From Adineta vaga (lineage: Eukaryota; Animalia; Rotifera), in contig CP075495.1 in NCBI GenBank assembly GCA_021613535.1, forward strand, positions 3,100,001 through 3,164,000: a DNA stretch of 64,000 nt. Direction: 5' to 3'. The notes below the pieces were generated by a model, which searched no databases, was not told where the DNA came from, and saw only the letters and a list, made by a program, of their open reading frames with translations. The position numbers were made by a program, and so were the translations under genes. Shown here piece by piece: positions 53,875 to 64,000 of this stretch. The stretch's first letter is position 1. Every line of letters starts with the position of its first letter.

Positions 53875-56738
53875 ATGTCATCAATATTAACAACTTCAAA
53901 TTTTTCTCGTCGTATTCAATATGCTCTTCGAATAACTCTCTCATTTCTTGTCGGCGGTTGTATTGCTTATGGTACTCCATTAAATGATCAATTAGCAACT
54001 CAGTACTTAATTCCTGTGATGTGTATTCTGGCGATTCAAGAAACATTTGGAATGACTTTGATTGCTAGTTATCAAATCTTAACAGCAATTACTCCTATAT
54101 CAATTTTTCTTTTTATTATTCAAAAACTAGGTGTTCAATATGAAGATTATCTAGCAGCTGAACTTTTACTACTTGCTTTATCCTTTCTTGTTGGTTATAA
54201 ATGTTCACAAGTAATCCATCGAATTGTCACTATCAATATCATATGAATGAAAAGTATTTATTTAGATTCCAACACGAAAAATTGCTCTATTGATCATTTC
54301 AATATTTTTTGCGACGATTGTTAATCAAAAAAATATTCCATCAACATTTATCTTTCTTTTACTAGAAGAATTTGTTATTGGTATAGGTATTGCTCTACTT
54401 GTTTCACTTCTTATCTTTCCATTATTTGCTACTTTGGATGTTGAAAATCGTGTTAATTATTGTTTGAAAAATCTTCAACAAATGCAAACAACTGTTGTAC
54501 AAGCTTTTTTATCTGATGATCAAATGAGTGCACAAGTTTTACTAGCACGTTCATCAACAATCGAACAAATGGTACGTACAGCAATGAATTTAATTCAAAC
54601 AAGATTGAATGAAGCTAGTATGGAACCTTCACGATGTTTACAACGAATTTTTAATCGACGACGAAGGCATCTATTCGATTTAACATTACAAGGTGATCGT
54701 CTTATTTTCTTTTTTTCTATTTTTAAATATCCATAAGTTCTTTTTTATTTCTAGAACAAGAAGATTTTCTTAGTTCATGGATGTTTCATGTTTGCTCACT
54801 TCAATTAATGGTTAAACAATGTCAATTTAATGAATATCATCAAAATTTTAAACATGCACTTCAAGAAATTCTTACACATCTTAATCTATGTCAATCAACT
54901 TTTATTTCAAGTTTTATTTCATCATCAATAATTACTCGAGATGAATTAAATGGTCGCATTAATGAATTACAACAAGCTCTAAATACACTTCGTCATTTAT
55001 CGATCGAAGCACGTCTTCGGCAAGTCGAACATGCATTACAATCAGCAATAAAAATTCAATCGGATGATCATCTTTCACATGCATTTTTTCTCTTTCAAAT
55101 AGCAACTATTGTACGACTTGTAACACAAACAATGGGTATCGATGAAAACAAAAGTTCTTCTCAAGAAATGATCGAAACAAGAAAGAAGAAACAGAAACGA
55201 AAGCATCGAACTATTCTAGAACGGTTCAAACCAGAATGGCCACGTTTAGCATCTGCTTTTAAAAGTATGGTTATAATTGGTGTCGGTTCAATTTTTGTTA
55301 TGGTACCTCGTTTGGCAAGTGTCTTCGAAAATGGACAATGGATTTTAATTGCACTCTGTATGACACAAGGTGATACTGTTGGTGGAGCTTTAACAACAAT
55401 GAAAAGAAGATTGATTGGAACTTTATTTGGTAAAATTATCTTGTTTTATGTAAAGAAATAATCATTTATTCATATTTTATAGGTGCAATGTGGGCATATA
55501 TTACTTATCTATCTGTTGAAGATCATGTTTATCAAACATTTGGAATGTTAGTACCATGGATTTTAGTTTTTGGCTATTTAAAATCTTCATCAGAATGGAA
55601 TTATGCTGCGACAGTTGCTAGTTTTACTCCTGTCTTAATCAATCTCGGTCGAATTCCATATGGTGATGCACTACCAGCAGGCAATTATGCACTTCTTCGA
55701 ATTGAAGAAAATCTTGTTGGTATTGCTGTTGCAAGTGTTTTAACTATTCTCATTTTTCCGATTTTTGCTATTGATGTATTAAAAAATAATATTGAAAGTA
55801 AAATTTATTCGTATATGTTAATCATTGTGATGTGTTTTTGGTTTAGCTATACTTCAACTTTGTCGTCAAAGTACTGATTCCATGCAAACAATCTATAGTC
55901 ATTTGTTTCAAAAAGAACGATTCGACATCACTATTGTTGATGTTGAACAACAAACTGATCAAGAAATTAAATCGTTTATTGCTGCACAACGAAGTCGATT
56001 TCATCAATTAATTAGTAGTCAACGTGTTTTATTGGAGTTCACTTCTCTTGAACCAACATTATGGTGGTTTCAAAATAAATTTCCAATTGTACGTTATGAA
56101 ATGCTTGCTGCACAACAAACGGATATATTTCGAATGTTACATAATATTGATGCGATTGTAAGTTGAATTAAAAAAATCGATATCATTTATTATTATCTAT
56201 TATTTAGTTAATGCGTATTCATGAATGTTCAAATCATGATGAAAATCAAATCAAAATTCTTCAAATGTATGCAGATGGCAATATTCTATCAACTGGTCTT
56301 CATAATGAATTAACAAATTTATGTCGACAATTAAGTGATTGTATCAATCTATGGGCATCATATTTTACTTCTACTCAAACATGTTGTTATCGTATAGTTC
56401 GTAATTGTAGTTGTACACGTCAATCATTGAATGAAAGTGATCTAGCAAAACATAAGCAATATCTTGTTGAACTTCATCAAACAATTCATCGTCTTCAAAA
56501 TGAACATCAAGAATCAGTGAATCGATTATTAAATTATTATCTTGATCGTTTAACTCAAGGAGATTTACCAGTTAATTTTGTTCCTTATATTAACAATGAT
56601 CGAGCCTATATAATCTTCATTGGAATAGCAGCAATGTGTTATTCAACAACTGAACTTGCTCGAGCTGCTTTAGCTTTAGGTACTAATATTCATACCATAT
56701 TTGAACTTGAAACAACAAATCTCTATCGATCTTTTTAA
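53875..56738 (+). CDS. FUSC/aromatic-acid-exporter/ALMT-superfamily membrane transporter; 6 exons, duplicated TM-plus-helical architecture
   Basis: WILIALCMTQGDTVGGALTTMKRRLIGTLFG and ALLRIEENLVGI..ILIFP motifs. A similar block (GIGIALLVSLLIFP) is in the N-terminal half. Five GT-AG introns. Confidence 0.75.
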
Positions 56739-57236
56739 TTATTATGTATATATAAAATGAGAGATTTATTTTGAATATAAATTTTCGTTAAGAAAAACAA
56801 GAACATCTACTTTGAATATCAAATGACTACTATATTTTAATCGAACTAAATTGCACTCGAAGAATTGTGTGTAGTTCGGTGCGACATCTGACTATTCGAT
56901 AAACTATTTGATGAGATTCTTTTCCTTCAGAATTACCGACTCTCTGATTGATTGATTGACGAGCTGTTGTTGACTATAAGACAATACACAGGTCTAGCTT
57001 GATTGGATCTTTTATACATTATATTATATGATCAAAACAAGTCGATTTTTCTCTTGCTTTCCTTCACATGTTTTGTTCTTAAAGTACTCGACTACCACAT
57101 GATATTTTAATAATATGTATTCTATTAAAGAAGCAAAGTGGAACGTCTAACATCTTCTGATTTAATATGTAATATCTGCTAATAATATTCGAAATTTATA
57201 AAATGTTCTAACTTGATTTTTAGTTCATTTTTCAAA

Positions 57237-58278
57237 ATGCATATTCAAAAACGAACTGTTCATAAACCTATTTGTGATGATTGTGTTCAAAAACCAGTTA
57301 TATCAAGTCAACAAAGAAATCATAAATGTTGGCGTCGATTTATGAATGAACGAGGAATCAAACGAGCTTATGTTCCAACTGATCATGGTATGTTTTCTTT
57401 CAACATTTGAATCATTAATAAATTCTATTTCTTGTCGTTCATAGAACATGCAGCAAATTGTCTAACACATGGTTGTCTTATTGTTCCAGCATTCATTGCT
57501 GCACAACGATTAATATCTCGTTCAGAAACATCTGAACAATTCTGGAGTAGTGTTATCTATGGAAATGCTCTTATTTTACTATTCTCATTTTCTACTGTCT
57601 TTCATTGTTCATGTTTTCATCCTACATACAGGTATATTCATTGAATCATCAGTGTTGTTTTTCTATCAACCGAAGAATTTCTTATGTATTTACAGAGATT
57701 CACGAATAAGACATTTGCTACATCGAGTTGATCGAGCCGTAATTTATATTTTCATTAGTTCAAGTTATACACCATGGTGAGAAAATGCGAGTTCATTAAA
57801 GAAAGTAAAAGCTTTCGTTCTTATTGCTCTAGGCTTCTACTTCGTTCAACACAAACTGTATCTTCATCGACAACAATCACTATCGTTTGGATCATGTCTC
57901 TCTTGGGTATAACTTATCAGCTTCTATATCATGAGAGATATAAATTAGTTGAAATTTGTTGTTATATTGTTGTGAGTGTTTTTCCTGCAATTGTGATTAT
58001 CGATATGGTATGTTGTAGGATTTATTTATTGAAAAGAAATTAAGAGAATATTTGTCTATTTTAAGATTGATCATTCAGGTGTTTTGGAAATGGCTATTGG
58101 TGGTTTAATGTTTCTGGTTGGTGTATTCTTCTTTAAATCTGATGGTATCATCCCTTTTGCACATGCAATCTGGCATTGTTTTGTCTTCTTTGGCGCTGCA
58201 ATTCATTACTATGCAGTCTATAATTATTTAATTGTTCCATCATCTTCCAAGACACAGCATTTCGATTCTGTTACATAG
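57237..58278 (+). CDS. MMD: Monocyte-to-macrophage differentiation factor (PAQR10/11, HlyIII family), 5 exons
   Basis: RFMN...EHAANCLTHG, FSTVFH, DRAVIYIFISSSYTPW, FFKSDGIIPFAHAIWHCFV. Confidence 0.92.
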
Positions 58279-58685
58279 AAGATTGTCTGATATATATTTC
58301 TATAGAAAGAATTCATCTACAATCATAAAATCTGTTTTACAAATAACTGAAAAACTTCTTAATAACTTTCTAAACAGTGAATTTCATAATCTGATTGATT
58401 TTCTTTCTTATACCATTGTATGTATATTTCTTCCATAGAATGAGACATTATTCTTGTATTAATTTTTGCTTGATGTATTCTTTAGTATAGCAATGTCTTT
58501 TCTTCTATTTCTTCTTCCTTTTTTGCAAGTTCATTGAATAAGGATCTACTGCATTTCGAAAAAGTTTACAAATCAATCTGTGTAATGTGAAGAATATCTT
58601 CTTATATATTTATTTCAAATACAAATACAAAACAAACAGATATATATATTTAATACGATTGTTTATCATATTAAATGAAGAATGT

Positions 58686-59016
58686 CTAAGATTTCTTCTT
58701 CTTCTTCTTTTTCTTCTTCTTTTTAGCACCTTCCCATGCATAACCTCGTGCTGTTAAACAATCTGTAACATTATGACAGATATAATAAGCATTGATTACG
58801 GCAGCTGGAGATAAGACATCAATTGGTGGACGTTCTTCAGCTACTTTCTTTTTGGATTTCGATTTTCGTTTTGGTGAACCACTTGATGAACGTGCTCCTT
58901 TCTTTTTGACCGCTTTGCCTTTGCCTTTGCTTTTGCCTTTGCCTTTTTTCGGCGGCTAAAATCAAGAAGAATCAAATTACAAGGAGAAGAAAAACGTTAT
59001 TTCTATATCTTACCAT
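58686..59016 (-). CDS. SMKR1: Small lysine-rich protein 1 homolog (~90 aa); ATG-only first coding exon, intron 58956-59013
   Basis: M|PPKKGKGKSKGKGK...IDVLSPAAVINAYYICHNVTDCLTARGYAWEG-polyK-S*. The core matches the SMKR1 motif DILSPAA..N.YYI.HN..DCL..RG..W.G. Confidence 0.85.
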
Positions 59017-59497
59017 AATTGAAATGCACGAGAAGTTTTTAAAACTGCATTTGTTTCAACATTTTGTTACAATACATCAAAGCTTTTTATATTTCTTTTT
59101 CTTTTCTCATAACAAAAGTTGTCAGGGCTTCCGAAACAAAAAACTTTGTAGAGATGATGAAAGGTTTCCATTACATTTTTAAAACTAATACCATAACTGT
59201 TTATGTTGTTAAGGAGGACACTGATGTCGATAAAATTGATGTTAAAACGATTCGTTTCTTTCATTGTACAAATAACTTAACCAATCAACGAAATGTTTGT
59301 CATCAAATTCTATTTATTTATTTATCTATTCGACTTGAGATGAAAATATTGAGAACGACAACATTCATATTGACTTAAGAAGGTAGCCATTACCTATTCA
59401 TTATCATACTATATTCGTCATGTTCTTTTTCATCCATTTATTTTTCTATTACAACATTACAAACATATTATTTTCACATTTTAGAATACATCTCATC

Positions 59498-60813
59498 ATG
59501 CCTTTTTTTTCTTCGAAAAAGAAATCACAGAAAAAAAATAGTCTTAGTGGAATTATTCCAACAAGCACCTCTAATAATCCTAGTTCAACGATTCCAAAAA
59601 CGACATCAAAAGATTCCTCTTCAAGTCTTTCGCGTACGAAGAATACGACAACTTCCATTAGTGATAAACATCATGAACAAACAAAACTTGTCTTTCATTG
59701 TCAATTAGCACATGGCAGTCCAACTGGTCTAGTCACAGGATTTAATAACATTAAAGAATTACATCAAAAGATAGCAGATTGTTTTGAAATATCTGCATCA
59801 ACAGTAAGTCCAATGTGATCTTTTGAACTACGATTGATATACATTCATTCATTATTTTAGATTCTATTCTGTACATTGAATACACATAAAATTGATATGA
59901 GTAAATTAATAGGTGGACAAATTAATTTAGAAGATTTTATTTTTGCACATGTCAAAGGACAACCAAAAGAAATTGAAGTTATCAAATCGGAAACAGCAAT
60001 TGGATTAACTATTACTGATAATAATGCAGGTTAGTTATGAAATAGTTGTTTTTGTTGAAAAGAGATTTATCAGTGTTTTTATTCCTTATTAAATAGGTTA
60101 TGCATTTATCAAACGAATTGTTGAAGGCAGTGTAGCTGATCGAATGAAAAATCTAATCAAAATTGGTGATCATATCGAAAAAATTAATGATCAATCAGTA
60201 GTTGGTGTTCGACATTTTGAAGTTGCTAAAATATTAAAAAGCATTCCTGTTGGTTCAAAATTTCAATTACGTCTAGTTGAACCAAATTCATTTGGATTTC
60301 GTATGTTTTTGATTTGACTAAATCCATGTAGTTTTTTTTTTGTCTTGACATTTTATAGAAATTGAACCAGCAAAACGTGGTCGAAAATCGGGTGATGTAA
60401 AGAGTGGTACTAAAACGCTTCGTTTCAAAGCAGATGGTAAAGCAAGTATTGAAGATGTTGATGATACAATGCTTCAAGCAGTTGATTGTATTAATGGTTT
60501 ATTGGAAAAATATATGAATGTTAGTGATTCTGATCTTGGTAAATTGAAGATTTCTTAGTTTTCAAATGATTGAAATTAATATGGAATATTTCTTCTTTTA
60601 GCACAACAAATTTGGGACTTATCAAAGAATAAAAAGAATCCAAGTGATTTTGCAATAGCTATTGATAATTCAGAACTCGGTTCATTTAATTTTACTGATG
60701 AATTCATTTTTGATCTCTGGGCAGCAATTGATGATATTAAAGTTGGACGACTTCGAAAAGTCAAAGAAGAAGAAGAAGAAGACGAAGATGAAATTCAAAA
60801 TGAACGATTATAA
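59498..60813 (+). CDS. GIPC: PDZ-domain protein GIPC, 5 exons
   Basis: [68 protein letters not shown]. Confidence 0.95.
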
Positions 60814-63800
60814 TACAAGAAAAGAAGAGAAAAGATATATTTATTAAACTAGAACCATGAATGAAATTAGACCGGTTTCTTAAAAGAACAACAAAATGAA
60901 TGCATACACTTTTGTATATACTTTTTCTTTAAATTTCTAGTCTTTCTTTGAATATTTTGCAATTCTAATAAGAAAGTTTTTCAGTTGATTTTCTTCACAT
61001 CTATTTATATATTACAATATTTTTCTTTTCTTTTTATGAATTTTCGAGCTATATCGAAAGATCCTCATTGTGTTTTTGTTGTTCTTTCATCAATAAAATA
61101 TCTAAATTTTGTTTTGATCGAATATAAGTGCTTGTATTCATATAGTCATTGTTATCAACAAGTATTATAAGTAAAACAAAGTCTATAAAAAGAAAATGAT
61201 TAAACAGAAATTTCATTTTCTATTCTAATTATATTGTAAACTCTGGAGAATTCGAAATCAATCGAAGTTTGTTGTTATCAGTTAACATGTCAATGGCAAT
61301 ATCCCATGTTTGCATGTCAACTATTATCTTTTGACAGATGGAACGACGACGATGAAAACGAGAGAACTACCGTTAAATATTAACTAGACGGTGGATGGAT
61401 GATGCACATTTAAACGAATATTTAACTCGAAATTGATAAACAATTTTTAAATGAATTTTTATTCTTCTATTCATAAATATGAAAGAATATTTAAGTTTTC
61501 TCAATTGAAACAAGTATATGCGTGCGTGTGCACTTTGATTACCGCTGGGAGGCGGAATGTGAATGATACAATTTAGTGAATAAGTGAGTAAACGAGGAAA
61601 TCAGCGCACACACACACACACACTAAATCACTTTGAATGAATTTCGATACCCTATCCATCTGTGCATATGCATAATTAGACGAAGGGAAACACTTGAAGT
61701 TCTTTTAGCCGGAAAACACAACAGTCACGGCCGCAACATATTACCATCAGCAAACTAATTGCCTTTTACAACATACATATATATATATATACACAATCTC
61801 ATGAGAGGAAAAAAAAGATGACCCTACCGGCAGCACAAGGTCACGGTAGATCACGGTTCAACAGACAGTTAATCATATCGTAGAAACTCATTAGTTAGAT
61901 CGAGTCAGCATCATATACCAAAAGAAAGAGCACGTTCAATGAGATAGAGCACATAGAAAGCATTTCTTTCTTTCTTTCTTTTTTCAACTTCTTAGTTGTG
62001 TTTCTCAAGTGGATAGTAGCAATCAAATTGAAAACAGATATATCAACAATAGCAAATGAAAAAGTCGTTTAATCGTCTATCCTGACATAGTCATGAACCT
62101 TAGACAAACACGAAACGATGTACATGTACATGTCATGACACTGATCGATGGCTCAATCAAAAACATATCATAGTTTTCTCAAACATTTTTCTTTTCTATT
62201 CTCGAATTCAGCTGATCAACTGTAAAACAAAACATCTGGTCACCGAATAGACAGTGACAAAATTTGTTCGATATTCTAATTGTTCAATTCTTTGATCTTC
62301 AGCAGTCATTGATAAATGCTTGCGTGACAAAAAGATACTTGACGCCGGTCAGTGTGCATCATGCAATGATATAATTGCTGGTCATACCTATTCGCCAGCT
62401 TTTTTTCTCTCTCTCTCTTCATTGCTCTCTTTTCTTCTCTTCACTTCTGTCCTGAAATTCAGACCATCAAACTCATAGATCGTTTGGCTTCCAAATGAGA
62501 TGTGTTATCAATTAGACTGAGTGGTTGCGGTCGGAACTCTTGAATATTGAAAGGTAAATAAACGATCATTTTAAGCATGTTTAGACTAAAAAGTAAATTT
62601 GACTGTTTTGTTTTATTTTTGTTTTCTTCAATTATTTCTCTCTTTCCCTTGCTTTTCTCCTTCATTTTTGATGGTCAAAAAGCAGCACCTCGATGTATTA
62701 TATTCATCTCATCATTGTCAATGCCAGCGGCTACCAGTAATAGTTGTAGTCATTTACATCATCCTATATTTGTAATAGAGAGAACAACAACTGATGAATT
62801 CATCATCATTCCAGAGTTTGCACTGATGATGACAAGAATAAGAAGACTACCATTGAAAGACAAAACGACATGTTTAACGGACCTTACATGAGTATAGTGT
62901 GAGAAGTCTTTTCATCCATTTCTTTTTTTTTCTTTCTTTTTTTCTTGTTTAATCCGGTCAAAGACACAAGTAGAATCGTTTCCGTATCTTCAAGTGACAA
63001 TGTGATTTCCGAGTTATGGTTGAGTTACTTACGCTTTACATCAGATTTGTCCTTCATTTTCTAATTTTCATTCTACACTCAAAAACGCTAGTGAGAAATT
63101 TGATCTATCTTCTTCTTTGTAGTAAATAGAAATACGTTCACAGATGGACATAGAAAGAATTTATATAGTCTCCTGCGGCGACAACCATTTGACCTAATTA
63201 TTTCACTTTCGTGCAACTATTTACATTAATGTCTTTTTTTTCTATCATTATCATTAACACTCTAGTAATGTAAAGAAACTACGTAGTTGAACGATTATAT
63301 CTTAATTTCTTAGTAAGAATTCTTCGATACAAATCAACATTAAGTCCTACGTAGATAATCATAGATTTGCGTTTTGTCTTGTCAATCGATGAAAGAAATC
63401 GATCGATTGACCGCCACTGCCGCCCTTCTTCTTCTTCTTCTTCTTTTTCGTCTTCTTCGTTTATATTGAAGCCACTTTAAAGAACGTCAATCGTTTTTTT
63501 CTTCTTCTTCTTTTTTCTCCTCCTTTTTTTCTCTTATGTACGCCCATTACAATTGAACGATGCATTTTGTTTCAACAATGCACTACTCGTCAAAGAGAGT
63601 ACCTCCTGTTTTAATGATTTGGCTCGTTCTATTCGTCGCTTTGTTGGAACAACTTCATACCGAGCGCGTCTATATACATACATATATTTGTATAGAAATA
63701 GAAACGAAATATTGACCATCAACATCATCATCATCACCACCCCTATGATCATTTTCTGATAAATCTATTTAAGAATAAACCAAGCCTACATTAATTATTT

Positions 63801-64000
63801 TCTTGTCCATATTCAATTATCCTATCAAACTCGTTTACATCGCTGGACAAGTAAGTTTCCTGTCTATCAAATCAGCTCGATGAACCGTATAAATGATGTA
63901 TTTATTGTGTAATACTTTAAAATAATCAAGGAGCTACATATTAATATATGTATATAATAATGTTAGATTATATTCAACATTGATTTTACTTATTCATTGA

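Noticed and set aside
62459-63759. Short ORFs on both strands near the window end
   Set aside because: No consistent splice chain or recognisable domain.

Overview
AT-rich eukaryotic (animal) genomic DNA, gene-dense, with many ~50-60 nt GT-AG introns. The compact introns, the invertebrate-type genes and the intron-containing genes of apparently non-animal origin fit a bdelloid-rotifer-like genome (inference only). About 20 genes can be built by hand from the ORF fragments and splice sites: three GPCRs (one frameshifted), UTP18, neurexin IV/Caspr, NUDT14, a Nudix-like + EF-hand + PPP phosphatase, a co-directional XRN1 > kappaB-Ras > CAPZB > geminin-like array, a claudin-like gene, MMD/PAQR, SMKR1 (absent from the ORF track because its ATG is on a separate exon) and GIPC. 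Main highlights: (1) two adjacent foreign-looking genes that now carry spliceosomal introns, a secreted alginate-lyase-family enzyme and a FUSC/ALMT-like exporter; (2) a pseudo-Nudix/EF-hand/PPP phosphatase architecture; (3) a 75-bp hAT-type MITE with an exact 8-bp TSD; (4) candidate frame-breaking (poison) cassette exons in the few oversized introns of XRN1, Nrx-IV, geminin and kappaB-Ras. No rRNA, tRNA or CRISPR was recognised. All gene models are manual, and family calls come from motif recognition, not database searches.
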